DNA from: Marinicella sp.
GTDB lineage: Bacteria; Pseudomonadota; Gammaproteobacteria; Xanthomonadales; Marinicellaceae
Assembly: GCA_965230295.1 (NCBI GenBank)
Contig: OZ246001.1
Span: 3,424,001-3,488,000, forward strand
DNA: 64,000 bases
Reading direction: 5' to 3'
Part shown: positions 47,270-57,647 of the stretch, piece after piece
Position numbering within the stretch: the first letter of the stretch is position 1
How the letters are laid out: each line of letters starts with the position of its first letter
Program-made: the position numbers and the translations under genes
Notes under the pieces: model-generated
Databases searched by the model: none
What the model was told of the DNA's origin: nothing
What the model saw: only the letters and a program-made list of their open reading frames with translations

Positions 47270-47808
47270 ATACAGCGGGTGTGATCTTAAATGGTGGCCA
47301 GTCTAGCCGCATGGGCCAGGATAAATCATTGTTAACCATTCAAGGTATCAGTTTGCTTGAACACAGCAAAAACACACTCAAGGCTGCAGGATTGGATGAT
47401 GTCTTTGTCAGCGGATCGGGAGGAATCCCAGATCGGATCCAGAATGCAGGTCCGTTGTCCGGAATCCATGCAGCATTGTATAAACTTGAAGAATTCAATT
47501 CTTTGGTATTTATCCCAGTGGACATGCCATTATTGAAGCCGGCAATGTTGTCACAGTTAATGGCCCACACTGATCATGATATGGTGCATTATGAAGGGAA
47601 ACATTTTCCCATAATGATGAAAAACATACCTGCTGTCAGAGACCTCATCACTCAACAATTAAAGCAGAATAAATTGGCCATTCACCAATTGATCAAATCA
47701 GCCAGTTGCCAGTCTTTGCCTCACAATTGGTCAGAAGATTGCTTTGCCAACACCAACACCCAAGAGCAATGGCACAGCGTGTTAGCGCAGATAAAAAATC
47801 ACCAATGA
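47266..47808 (+). CDS. mobA: Molybdenum cofactor guanylyltransferase
   Basis: GVIL.GG.SSRMGQDK, GPLSGI, PVDMP, N.NT. Confidence 0.9.
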   Translation: MNTAGVILNGGQSSRMGQDKSLLTIQGISLLEHSKNTLKAAGLDDVFVSGSGGIPDRIQNAGPLSGIHAALYKLEEFNSLVFIPVDMPLLKPAMLSQLMAHTDHDMVHYEGKHFPIMMKNIPAVRDLITQQLKQNKLAIHQLIKSASCQSLPHNWSEDCFANTNTQEQWHSVLAQIKNHQ

Positions 47809-47823
47809 TTAAAAATGTAGACT

Positions 47824-48849
47824 TCAACCCATGCTGCGACTGAACAGCTGTTTGACCAAGCCAGACATCACCCATATCCACGCCAATACAGAAACCCATA
47901 ACATCCCAAGTGAAAAATAACTCAAGGGTGTGAATTCAGCGGATAAAGCTAAGTTGTGGGTGGCCACAGTAAACATGCCCAATGGAAAAACGATGCTCCA
48001 CTGCATGGGGTCATAACTCAATTTGACTTTTTTATACCCATGTTTCCATATGCCAAACACGACCAACAATGGTATCCACCAGGTGGCCCATGTCCAAAGC
48101 ATGATTGACATCATTTTAATCACGGCATGCAAGTCGATCAATGTAGGGAAGATGGGGTCAGTTAACAATAAATGAGTGCCGGCATTGGCACTGATGGCCG
48201 CAGCACCCATGATGACCCACATCAAGGGTGAATAATCATCCAGCTGCATTTCTTTGAAGAAGATCCGATAACAAAACAAAGTGACAAAAATGGCATAAAA
48301 CATCAGTCCCAAAGCCCAAAGCATGTGTATCTCCACCATCATGTAGCCAGCAAAATCACCCAACTCGCTGGCGATTTTGGATCCCAATAACACCAATGAC
48401 TGGGTGCCAACAATCAATATCAGCCAACCACCGTGCACCACATTGACGTTGCGGTTAGGGTTGGCAAAACTCAAAGCCGAAAAACTGAAATACATCAACA
48501 AAGACCACACCAAAAAAGCCAAAACCCAACATGATATGGCCAACAACGACAGGCCGTGCTGAAACAACAACAGCCCGCAGATGTTGGTGGCTGCAACAAA
48601 GGTAAAGAAAATGAAGGTGGTTTTGGGGTTCAATAAGTTTTCTAACACTTGTTTGGGAAATAACAACAGTCGCCAGGTATATAAAACAACCAAGACAACC
48701 CATGAGAAAAGAGTGATGAAATAAAACATTTCGGCCCACGACTGCATGGCCCACATGCTTAACCCAACAGAGAGGATACCGGTGGCCATGGTCAAAGAAA
48801 AATATCCAGGATACAAGACTTTCAGCCAGTTGTACTTAGTCGTGTTCAT
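47824..48849 (-). CDS. TDT family (tellurite-resistance/dicarboxylate/SLAC1-like) anion transporter
   Basis: L.PGYF...MATGI.S, FFTFVAAT, G.WL..VGTQS, P..W..MGA.AIS, Y.P..WS.VFPLGM; about 10 TM segments. Confidence 0.88.
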   Translation of the reverse strand: MNTTKYNWLKVLYPGYFSLTMATGILSVGLSMWAMQSWAEMFYFITLFSWVVLVVLYTWRLLLFPKQVLENLLNPKTTFIFFTFVAATNICGLLLFQHGLSLLAISCWVLAFLVWSLLMYFSFSALSFANPNRNVNVVHGGWLILIVGTQSLVLLGSKIASELGDFAGYMMVEIHMLWALGLMFYAIFVTLFCYRIFFKEMQLDDYSPLMWVIMGAAAISANAGTHLLLTDPIFPTLIDLHAVIKMMSIMLWTWATWWIPLLVVFGIWKHGYKKVKLSYDPMQWSIVFPLGMFTVATHNLALSAEFTPLSYFSLGMLWVSVLAWIWVMSGLVKQLFSRSMG

Positions 48850-49001
48850 TTTTGTTGATCATTTTCACAAGATTTATTATAGACGCATAATTGATTTCAA
48901 TGCTGCATGGTTATTCAATAAAACTGTCCACAACAAGCAATGAAAATTAGTAATGACTACTAACACATGCTAATCGTTATGGAAAAATATATACTGATTA
49001 A

Positions 49002-49313
49002 ATGGATACATCCATTGAAATAGCTCATTACACGCCTGAGCAATTAGTCGAGGCATTAATATCTGTTAATGATGAAGTCTATTTTGACAATGCCTTGATG
49101 ATTTATCAAACATTACTAGCTAAAAAAGGTTGGCATCACAATGACACCAATGCTGCTAGATTAGGTCGAGAAAATCATTGGTTGTTAGAACTTTTGCATG
49201 AAGTGGGGCTAGGTACATTCATACTCTCCGGCACCTTGGATGATATATATATGGAAAACCATCATTTGGAAGAAAAGGTACAACGCTTAAATGATTATCT
49301 GAATGCTAAATAA
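49002..49313 (+). CDS. Hypothetical protein
   Basis: 103-aa AT-rich ORF; no family recognised. Confidence 0.55.
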   Translation: MDTSIEIAHYTPEQLVEALISVNDEVYFDNALMIYQTLLAKKGWHHNDTNAARLGRENHWLLELLHEVGLGTFILSGTLDDIYMENHHLEEKVQRLNDYLNAK

Positions 49314-49329
49314 TATCAATCAAAACATG

Positions 49330-49567
49330 GGAAAGCTGCTGAGCAGCTTGACCCGCCGAGCCGGTTGGTGAGCTTTGCGAATCAGAGGCGAAGAGCGCTA
49401 GGTAGCATGTCATGTTCGCCGTGGTCGCTTTCACTTTTGTCAGGAACAGACATGCAGTGCGAAGCAACTGCTCAGACAATAGTCTGTAAAGGTCGGTTTA
49501 TTAGCGCAGCAAATATGAAGACCTGTCAGACCATGAACCAGAATGAAGCCCCAAGAACATTCCTTAG
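49330..49567 (+). repeat. Modular intergenic repeat, copy 3, 238 bp
   Basis: Same ends and modules as copy 2. Confidence 0.92.
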
Positions 49568-49588
49568 CTGTTAAGACTTGTTGAGTAT

Positions 49589-50002
49589 TCACCATACATA
49601 AATCACTTGAGCGTCTACCAATGGATGCGGGTAATCAAGCTCATCTATCTTCTTATTGACCATGCGCTTGACCACACCTGTTATGGTGACTGGTTTTTTC
49701 AGCATGCTGTTGGGTTCTAAGTAAGTGGGTTTACAAGCGATGAATCGGCCTTGGTCGACCCGAATTCTTTTTGATGGACGTGCGACTTTGTCAGGTACTT
49801 TGGCCACCACAGTCAGACAGCTGTGGTCTTCTTTGTTGTCAACGTTGACCACAAAGCCAGTCCACCGCACGTTGAGGTTTTCAATCGGGTTCTTTTGATA
49901 AGCCACAGGACTCACATCACTGTATTCACCCCGCAATGGCTTAGGCGGTTGAATGCATGCGGTTAATGTCAATACCAGCATGGTTGTTACTGTTGTTTTC
50001 AT
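49589..50002 (-). CDS. Slp family outer-membrane lipoprotein
   Basis: Lipobox LTAC; P.PL.G, VRW.G....V.N, GRFIAC....LEP, .TI.G, Y..P......Y.W; ATG at 50002. Confidence 0.82.
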   Translation of the reverse strand: MKTTVTTMLVLTLTACIQPPKPLRGEYSDVSPVAYQKNPIENLNVRWTGFVVNVDNKEDHSCLTVVAKVPDKVARPSKRIRVDQGRFIACKPTYLEPNSMLKKPVTITGVVKRMVNKKIDELDYPHPLVDAQVIYVW

Positions 50003-50103
50003 GTCCACTCTCATTCAATGAATTGATTCTATTATCACTCATATAGTTGAACACAAACTGAACATTGAAATTTGTTTTTTTACATGTGTGATATTTCATT
50101 GAT

Positions 50104-50361
50104 TCAAGAAAACAGCAAGCCATAGGTCGCAACCATGGTGCCTGTGAAACAACCAACCAAGAGACAAAAACCTAAGAATTCCATGACATAGGTTTTTATT
50201 TTTTTGACGAGCTGGGGGTGGTTGCAAGCCGATTGGATCGCCAGGGCAAGGCATACACTGAAAATGACTGTATAAGCCACCCAGTTGGGTACGGCGAGAA
50301 TGACAAAACAACCACTGATTAACAGTAAAGTGGTCAACACAGGTGTATTTGATTTGATCAT
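50104..50361 (-). CDS. Hypothetical small membrane protein
   Basis: 85 aa with three hydrophobic segments. Confidence 0.5.
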   Translation of the reverse strand: MIKSNTPVLTTLLLISGCFVILAVPNWVAYTVIFSVCLALAIQSACNHPQLVKKIKTYVMEFLGFCLLVGCFTGTMVATYGLLFS

Positions 50362-50429
50362 GATGAATCCGATTGGTGAAGAATGTTTAAATTAAATCAC
50401 GGCTTATTCGCAATTCTTGAGAACGCACA

Positions 50430-50638
50430 ATAAAGAATGTTCTTGGGCCTTCATGGCTTACTACTTCGAACGAGCTACGGTATTCAAGCAAGGCTCATTG
50501 ACTTCGTCAAATCGCCATGACTACATGTACGCGCTACGGCATTCTAGGTAGGCACCTTCATTTTCGATGAAATTGCCAACCTTTCATCACCTGCACTGCC
50601 TAACCGGCTCGGCGGGTCATGCTGCTCAGCAGCTTTCC
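50430..50638 (-). repeat. Modular intergenic repeat, copy 4, 209 bp
   Basis: Same ends; interior holds two tandem hairpin units related to copy 1. Confidence 0.85.
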
Positions 50639-50701
50639 ATACAAGGAAGAAAAAGTACATTTTGTTGAACTTCGGTTAATTCATGGTTTAAAATCAATAG
50701 G

Positions 50702-52816
50702 ATGTGTGCAGCTAAAAATATACTGAAGGAAGTTTTTGGGTACGATCAGTTTCGCAATCAACAAGAGGAAATTGTCAATGCCATAGTTGATGGGAAAGAT
50801 GCCTTGGTGCTGATGCCTACCGGAGGGGGCAAATCTTTGTGTTATCAGATTCCGGCCATTGCCAGGGCTGGAGTGGGCGTGGTGGTTTCGCCATTGATTG
50901 CCTTGATGCAGGACCAAGTCAATGCCTTGAAACAACTTGGAGTGAAGGCTGCTTATATCAATTCAACCTTGTCTGCTGCAGATGTAGATGAGGTACAAAA
51001 GCAAGCCATTGATGGTACCTTGGATTTGTTGTATTTATCACCTGAACGACTGTTGGGAGATGAAACCCAGGCCTTTCTTAAAAATGTCGATGTGGCCTTG
51101 TTTGCGATTGATGAGGCCCATTGTGTCTCTCAGTGGGGACACGACTTCAGAAAAGAGTACCAAAAATTATCCATCCTTCATGAGAACTTTCCAGCCGTAC
51201 CTCGAATCGCTTTGACGGCTACTGCTGATGAAAAGGTGAGGGCGGAAATTGTTAAAGAACTGCAGTTGGATGGGGCAGAAATATACGTTTCCAGTTTTGA
51301 CCGCCCTAACATCACTTATGCCATTGAGGAACAGGAAAATGGTAAACAACAATTGTGGCGATTTATCAATGAAAATCATCCAACAGATGCTGGTATTGTT
51401 TATTGTCTGTCTCGACGTAAGGTGGAAGCGGTGGCTGAATTTTTGGTGGGCAAAGGACGCAAAGCACTGCCATATCATGCAGGCTTGTCAAATAAGATTC
51501 GTGAGAAAAACCAAAGCCAATTTTTGATGGAAGACGGGGTGATTATAGTGGCCACCATTGCTTTCGGAATGGGTATAGATAAACCCGATGTGCGTTTTGT
51601 GGCGCACTTCAGTATGCCTAAAAATATTGAATCTTATTATCAGGAAACTGGACGGGCAGGACGTGATGGACAAGTTTCAAATGCCTGGATGGCCTATAAC
51701 TATAAAGATGTTGTGATGCAAAGACAGTTCATCCGTGATTCAGATGCGGCCGATGAGCATAAAAATGTGTTACATAACAAATTAGACTCATTGGTTGATT
51801 TGTGTGAACAATTGGATTGCCGAAGACAAACACTGTTGCGTTATTTCAATGAAACTTTGGAAGAACCCTGTGGTAATTGTGATAACTGTCTGAATCCACC
51901 AGAGAAAATTGATGCTTCAAAAGAAGCACAAATGGCCTTGTCTGCTATATACCGCACAGATCAACAGTTTGGCATCATGTATTTGATAGATGTTTTGTTG
52001 GGCAGTGATGCGGATGAACGAGTGGGCAAATTAAAACATGACCGACTCAATGTTTTTGGCTTGGGGAAAGACCATGTGAAGACCTGGTGGCGACGATTGT
52101 ATCGCCAATTGATCAGTCAGGGATTCATTGATGTAGAAGCCGAGTTTGGTTCTTTGAAATTAACAGAAAAATCCAAATCAATATTGTCGGGTGACAAATC
52201 TTTTTACCTTCGGGATGTGGTTAAGGCCAGCAATAAGTCGAAGAAAAGCGATGAAGTTGATTTGGGTCGGCATGACACCATTTTATGGAACGCCCTGAAA
52301 AAACTCAGAATGGACCTGGCTTCAGATCAAGGTGTACCGCCTTATGTGATTTTCAGTGATGCTTCGTTATTAGAAATGGTCAGGAAACGCCCTGTGGAAG
52401 GTGAGAAATTCATGTACATATCAGGGGTAGGGGAATATAAACTGGCCAAATATGGTGAAGACTTCATTCGAGTGATCAAAGACAACCCATTGCCTGATAA
52501 GTTAGACAACAGGCTTGAAGATGAAGTTAATGTCTCGTTAGATCATTTCTTGGAACACAAGTCTGTTGAAAAAGTGGCAGAGGTTCTTGATCTGAATATC
52601 AATACAGTGTTCATGCATTTATCCAAAGCCATTGCGGTCGGCCTGGTAGATAAAAAGGACGTCACAGGGCTGGAAGATGGCGACATTGATTACATCATAC
52701 AAATGGCAGAGATGACTGGTTACCTTGAAGAAAAGAAACTCAAACCGGTTTTTGATGCACTTGACGGTATGTATGACTATGGTACATTGCGATGTGTACT
52801 TGCCGAGCTCGAGTGA
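50702..52816 (+). CDS. recQ: ATP-dependent DNA helicase RecQ
   Basis: MPTGGGKSLCYQ, DEAHCVSQWGHDFR, QETGRAGRDG, Zn-binding C...CGNCDNC, RQC, HRDC and an extra C-terminal HTH. Confidence 0.97.
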   Translation: MCAAKNILKEVFGYDQFRNQQEEIVNAIVDGKDALVLMPTGGGKSLCYQIPAIARAGVGVVVSPLIALMQDQVNALKQLGVKAAYINSTLSAADVDEVQKQAIDGTLDLLYLSPERLLGDETQAFLKNVDVALFAIDEAHCVSQWGHDFRKEYQKLSILHENFPAVPRIALTATADEKVRAEIVKELQLDGAEIYVSSFDRPNITYAIEEQENGKQQLWRFINENHPTDAGIVYCLSRRKVEAVAEFLVGKGRKALPYHAGLSNKIREKNQSQFLMEDGVIIVATIAFGMGIDKPDVRFVAHFSMPKNIESYYQETGRAGRDGQVSNAWMAYNYKDVVMQRQFIRDSDAADEHKNVLHNKLDSLVDLCEQLDCRRQTLLRYFNETLEEPCGNCDNCLNPPEKIDASKEAQMALSAIYRTDQQFGIMYLIDVLLGSDADERVGKLKHDRLNVFGLGKDHVKTWWRRLYRQLISQGFIDVEAEFGSLKLTEKSKSILSGDKSFYLRDVVKASNKSKKSDEVDLGRHDTILWNALKKLRMDLASDQGVPPYVIFSDASLLEMVRKRPVEGEKFMYISGVGEYKLAKYGEDFIRVIKDNPLPDKLDNRLEDEVNVSLDHFLEHKSVEKVAEVLDLNINTVFMHLSKAIAVGLVDKKDVTGLEDGDIDYIIQMAEMTGYLEEKKLKPVFDALDGMYDYGTLRCVLAELE

Positions 52817-53778
52817 GTCAGCAAAAAACTTTATACATCACCAATGGTGACAGTGCAGTTGGCGGGCTAAAAGCTGCTGGTTTTTCTGGAGATTTTTTAC
52901 CCATTCGAGACCCTTTGCACGTTGGCCCCCTGTTGGCTGATGATGATTTTATTTCTGATCTTTCGCCACGGTGTCAATTCATCATAGATGAACAATGGGC
53001 AAGTTCTGAAAAAGTGCTTCAGTTTCAGAAGGAAAGGCGTGAAACCTTAAAGAATATCGACCAATACCAATCCATTCAATTGTGGTTTGAGCATGACCTC
53101 TATGATCAATTACAGTTGTTGTGGGTGTTGCAATTTTTAGCCCAATATGGCGTCAATCCAAAACGAGTAAAACTGGTGGTAACTGACCTTTATTTGGGCC
53201 ATGCTTATGACCATGATTTTTTTGAATTGTTGCGTTTTCAGGAAGCTGTAGAGCCAGAACATTACCAAATCGCGGTTAATTATTGGCAGCTATTGACGTC
53301 TTCAAACCCCAATGATTGGCTGGTGATGATCAAACAACCCCATGCCTTGTTTCCATTTGTAGCTCCTGCCATCAAAAGATTTTGTCAGGAATTTCCTGCT
53401 TGTAACAATGGTTTGGCCTTAACTGCTCAGAGGGTGTTGGAGTTATGTCGCCAGGAAATTTCTTCATTTGATCTGTTCAAAGCCACTCAAAAGCAAGAAC
53501 AAGCGGTTTTTATGGGAGACACCCAGTTTTTCGATGTGGTTGCAAAAATGGCAAACCAATCTGCAGCCTTGTTGGATTTACAATCAACAGATCTGCCGTT
53601 GATACACCCTGACCAATCCCTAAAAATCAACACATTAGGCCTACAGGTTTTGGAGCACAAGAAAGATTATTTAGAACTGGTGGAACCCAATTTTTGGCTG
53701 GGTGGTGTGCACCTAAAGCCAGGTAATATTTGGTGCTATAATGATGAAAAGAACAGCTTCAAACGGAGGGCTTCATGA
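52813..53778 (+). CDS. DUF1835 domain protein
   Basis: L.ITNGDSA, D.LH.GP, LWFEHDLYDQLQL, FMGD, WLGGV; GTG at 52813 overlapping the recQ stop. Confidence 0.8.
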   Translation: MSQQKTLYITNGDSAVGGLKAAGFSGDFLPIRDPLHVGPLLADDDFISDLSPRCQFIIDEQWASSEKVLQFQKERRETLKNIDQYQSIQLWFEHDLYDQLQLLWVLQFLAQYGVNPKRVKLVVTDLYLGHAYDHDFFELLRFQEAVEPEHYQIAVNYWQLLTSSNPNDWLVMIKQPHALFPFVAPAIKRFCQEFPACNNGLALTAQRVLELCRQEISSFDLFKATQKQEQAVFMGDTQFFDVVAKMANQSAALLDLQSTDLPLIHPDQSLKINTLGLQVLEHKKDYLELVEPNFWLGGVHLKPGNIWCYNDEKNSFKRRAS

Positions 53779-54209
53779 AATATCAAAATTCAATAACAGT
53801 TAATGTACCCCTGAAGCGGTTTATAGAGTTGTTGGACAACCCTGAAAACATGAAATACTGGCAAAAAGGGCTGCAGTCTTATGAGGTATTAGATGGCACT
53901 CCAGGTGCAGTGGGTTCAACCATGCGCATGAATTACCTGCATGGCAAGCGTGAAGTGTCTTTACTAGAAACCATCACTGCCAACAACCTCCCCAATGAGT
54001 TCTCGGCCACCTATGAATGTAAAGGAGTCTGGAACCTGGTGGAAAATCACTTCACAGAAACCCCCGAAGGACACACCCAATGGGTTTCGTACAGTGAGTT
54101 TAAATTCACTGGCATGATGAGAATCATGTCATGGTTCATGCCCACCTCGATGTTCAAAAAGCAATCTTTTCAAATGCTGGAAGATTTCAAAGCTTTTGCC
54201 GAAAGGTGA
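53775..54209 (+). CDS. SRPBCC (START-like) family protein
   Basis: I.VN.P.......LDNP.N...WQ.GL; E.IT....P.EF; F..Q....L..FK.FAE. Confidence 0.85.
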   Translation: MKYQNSITVNVPLKRFIELLDNPENMKYWQKGLQSYEVLDGTPGAVGSTMRMNYLHGKREVSLLETITANNLPNEFSATYECKGVWNLVENHFTETPEGHTQWVSYSEFKFTGMMRIMSWFMPTSMFKKQSFQMLEDFKAFAER

Positions 54210-54389
54210 ACACCGAACATTCATTAGCCAATATTTGGCACTTCATGGGTTTTGAATTTGGCCCAGGTCACATTTCTTATTAAATAAAGATAATTTTCAT
54301 GAAATTCAGTATATTATCTATGAAAGTTCAACTGAATCATGCCTTTATTGAGTACAGTAAAATGGTGTGTATTAAGAAAACCTGACTAG

Positions 54390-56561
54390 ATGAAGCAAAG
54401 TGAAATTTCAAAAGACTTGTTGTTAGCCGTACTTGGAGGGTTAATAGCGGCTGGTATCAATCTTTTCAGGTTGCCACTTTTTTTTGAAGCAGAGTTTCTT
54501 TTTGGTCCAGCCGTTGTTTTATTGGTGGCGATTTTTCGGGGCCCCCTGGCGGGTCTTATAGCCAGCATCATTGCCACAGTGCCGGTCATCATGGCTTGGG
54601 GTAGTTTTTGGGCGATGTTGACATTTGGATTAGAAGCCTTGTTTGTGGCGATCATATGCACTCGTTGGCACATCAATGTGATTTTAGTGGTCATGGCTTA
54701 TTGGCTGTTCATAGGCATGCCGGTTTCCTGGTATTCGATTTCTCAATACGAATTGTTTTTGGATTCTCACCGCACCTCAATTCTGATCAAACAATTAACC
54801 AACGCCATTTTGTATGCCCATGTCACTGCATTGGTTATGTTTTTGCCAGCAGTCAGGAATTATTTAACCAGAGTAGATGATCGCAAATCCATTTCAATCA
54901 AAGAGCAGTCATCTCACATCATTGCTTCACTACTGATCACTGTTGGTATCTTGTTTTTCTTTTTTAACTTGAATCAGAACATCAAAATTTCCAGTGAAAA
55001 GTTCAGCCAAATTCATGACACCAAGCATGATAAATTGACCGCTCACTTGAAGTTGATGGTAGACAGTAAATTAACTGCGATGAATGAGTTGAAATACAAC
55101 ATATCGCATGTTTGGAATGACAAGGATGTGCGTCAGAAAGTGTTGCTGGAATTCAATGACAGGCATCCGGAATTTCGCACCATGATCATTGCAAACGCCA
55201 ATGCAGATTTATTACATTCATCACCACCTGAGTTGGTGATTAATGTGCTTTCACAAAATGAAACCATCAATGTAAAAGACCGCGACTATTTTATCAATGC
55301 CATTGACTCCAATCAGGTATACGTATCTCCAGGGTTTGTTGGTAGGGGCTTTGGTAGTGATTTGATTTCAGCTGTCAGTGTTGGTATTCCGGATCCCACC
55401 AATTCGGAGGTCAATATCGGCATTGTCGAAGGCTCTTTTATCTTATCCTCAATGAAAGCCGTGAAAGAATTGATTGATAACATTGATGAATCAGTTGATG
55501 GTATTTTGTTTGACCAATATGGGCAAGCCATCATCGCGTCAAGACAGCTTTTTTTACAACCGTTAGAAACCATTGAATTCAGTAAAGGTGTTGATCAATT
55601 TTATGAGCATGACTTGGTCAATATGGTCAGATCAAACGGAACCAAAGAGCCGGGTATTTATTATTCTCTTGAATCGGATTTTGCATGGGGCTGGAAGTTG
55701 GTTACCTTACAAAATGAAGCCAAGTTTGCTGATGTGATAGAAACGGTGTTGATTACTTTTGCCGTATCAATTGTATTGGTGGTTTTGGTGGCTAAATTAC
55801 TGGCATGGGCCATCAGTAACTCTTGGTCTTATCACATGCAAAGATTGAATGAAATGATAGAACAAGGTGTTGACTTCAACAATGATTTGGTCGAGTTCGA
55901 AGAGAATGATCACTTGCCAGAAGAGGTCAGTAACTTATATCAAGAAATAAAAAGAAGTAAGCAAAAAATCATCACCATGAATCAGGAGTTGCAAAACACC
56001 GTTGCAGAAAGGACTGAAAAATTACAAGTTGCCAATGAAAAACTCAATGTCATGGCTCGAGAAGATGAGTTGACCAAACTTGATAACAGGCGGGTTTTCA
56101 ATGAAACATTGAATCAGTTGTATCAACAATGCCAAAAGGAGTTGTTGCCACTTTCAATGATGATCATTGACATTGATCATTTCAAGAAAGTCAATGATTC
56201 ATATGGGCATCCAGCAGGCGATGACGTTTTGATTTTTTTGGCCCAGGTGTTACAACAATATAAACACAAACCTGTACAGTCAGTTTCCAGGATTGGTGGT
56301 GAAGAGTTTTGTTTGTTATTGAAAGGCAGACAGCATGAACAAGCTTTCGATTTGGCTGAAGACATCAGAAAGCGGGTGGAAAGCATTGATTTCAAAGTGG
56401 GCGCAGATAAAACCATTCAATTAACCATTTCCATTGGTTTGGCATCCATCAATCCAACCAAGTTTACAGCTGCGAAATTGTATCAACTGGCTGATACTGC
56501 ACTGTATGAAGCCAAACATTCTGGCCGCAATCAAGTCAAAAATGCTGACTTCAGTGGTTGA
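54390..56561 (+). CDS. Membrane-bound diguanylate cyclase with a multi-TM N-terminus and a Cache-like periplasmic domain
   Basis: D.LT.L.NRR, DIDHFK.VND.YGH.AGD, RIGGEEF, AD.ALY.AK..GRN. Confidence 0.92.
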   Translation: MKQSEISKDLLLAVLGGLIAAGINLFRLPLFFEAEFLFGPAVVLLVAIFRGPLAGLIASIIATVPVIMAWGSFWAMLTFGLEALFVAIICTRWHINVILVVMAYWLFIGMPVSWYSISQYELFLDSHRTSILIKQLTNAILYAHVTALVMFLPAVRNYLTRVDDRKSISIKEQSSHIIASLLITVGILFFFFNLNQNIKISSEKFSQIHDTKHDKLTAHLKLMVDSKLTAMNELKYNISHVWNDKDVRQKVLLEFNDRHPEFRTMIIANANADLLHSSPPELVINVLSQNETINVKDRDYFINAIDSNQVYVSPGFVGRGFGSDLISAVSVGIPDPTNSEVNIGIVEGSFILSSMKAVKELIDNIDESVDGILFDQYGQAIIASRQLFLQPLETIEFSKGVDQFYEHDLVNMVRSNGTKEPGIYYSLESDFAWGWKLVTLQNEAKFADVIETVLITFAVSIVLVVLVAKLLAWAISNSWSYHMQRLNEMIEQGVDFNNDLVEFEENDHLPEEVSNLYQEIKRSKQKIITMNQELQNTVAERTEKLQVANEKLNVMAREDELTKLDNRRVFNETLNQLYQQCQKELLPLSMMIIDIDHFKKVNDSYGHPAGDDVLIFLAQVLQQYKHKPVQSVSRIGGEEFCLLLKGRQHEQAFDLAEDIRKRVESIDFKVGADKTIQLTISIGLASINPTKFTAAKLYQLADTALYEAKHSGRNQVKNADFSG

Positions 56562-56572
56562 ATGATTCTCTT

Positions 56573-57529
56573 TTACCAGTTTTTCAGCAGTGTTAAACCA
56601 GTAAAAGTCAGATCATCTGTGTAGAATTGGCCATATGGAGAATGTCCATCTTGATATTCCAGTAACAGTTGAAACGGTGAATCAGTCCATTGATGAATCT
56701 CTATACCCGCACGCATATTGACATTGATGGTCCAGTCATAGGCACCCCAAGATGTTAAGTCTACCGCCCATATTGGTTTGATGTTATGCCACATTCCGCC
56801 TTGATACTGCCAACCCAGTTGCCACATGCTTTGGTCTAAATTACCCGGCTCAGAACGTGTGATAAAGCCCAAGCCCGCATACAAATCCCAGTTGTTGATG
56901 TTTTTATGAGCAGTCCATTTAATGGTCTCATAGGATAAGTTGATCCTGTCTTGGAGAAAATTTTGGTTATCAATGATGAATTCATCACCCAAATGAGTGC
57001 TCTTGTGGGTGTAACTGAATCGCCAATTCCAGTTTTCTAATGATTGTACGATTTCACCACCAACAAAAAAGTCGGTATTAATCAATGCACCACCACGGTT
57101 GTTTCTGGTGTCTAACTCGTCCACGTCAAACTGAGAACGAATTTGTCCAAACACATTGAATGTCAGGCTGCGCCCATTTTGGAATTCAAAATCCCTGATT
57201 GAATGCCTGATCCCGGCGCCGAATAAAAAAGCATTGAAGTCATCACCAAGAAAATCAAGGGATCCATAACTGACATATAAATTGGGTTCGTTCAGATCTG
57301 CCAATAAAGGAGGGAATTCATTGTCAGTGACTGATGATTGCGTGGATGTTTCTTCTGAATCTTCATCCTGGTTTATTTGATCATAACAAAGCAATCGTTC
57401 TTGATCATCAGTAACTTGGCGGCATTGCGTTAATTGTGCATTGATCTCTGATGCGCTTATGTGGCAAGACATCATCAATAAAAACAACATTGAAGAAATA
57501 TTTGAAGACGTTTTCATGGTTTTTCTCAT
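56573..57529 (-). CDS. DUF1207 family outer-membrane protein
   Basis: F.PLLAD..EP, L.N.DF..G, H.S.HLGDE, G.SPYGQF; start uncertain (57544/57529/57517). Confidence 0.75.
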   Translation of the reverse strand: MRKTMKTSSNISSMLFLLMMSCHISASEINAQLTQCRQVTDDQERLLCYDQINQDEDSEETSTQSSVTDNEFPPLLADLNEPNLYVSYGSLDFLGDDFNAFLFGAGIRHSIRDFEFQNGRSLTFNVFGQIRSQFDVDELDTRNNRGGALINTDFFVGGEIVQSLENWNWRFSYTHKSTHLGDEFIIDNQNFLQDRINLSYETIKWTAHKNINNWDLYAGLGFITRSEPGNLDQSMWQLGWQYQGGMWHNIKPIWAVDLTSWGAYDWTINVNMRAGIEIHQWTDSPFQLLLEYQDGHSPYGQFYTDDLTFTGLTLLKNW

Positions 57530-57565
57530 TTCATGTGCTGACATAAATGGTTTTTACACCATGCC

Positions 57566-57603
57566 AATAAAAACAGGCAAGGATTTTTTAAACCACTTGC
57601 CTG
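57566..57603 (-). terminator. Intrinsic terminator after acnA
   Basis: CAGGCAAG...CTTGCCTG stem followed by TTTTTATT on the minus strand. Confidence 0.6.
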
Positions 57604-57647
57604 ATCAATACAGTTCAAATCTTTAAATACCAGTGATGAGTAATGGT

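Noticed and set aside
48855-48868. TTGAT-CATT-TTCAC possible FNR site before the TDT gene
   Set aside because: The right half-site is poor and it lies only a few nt from the start codon.
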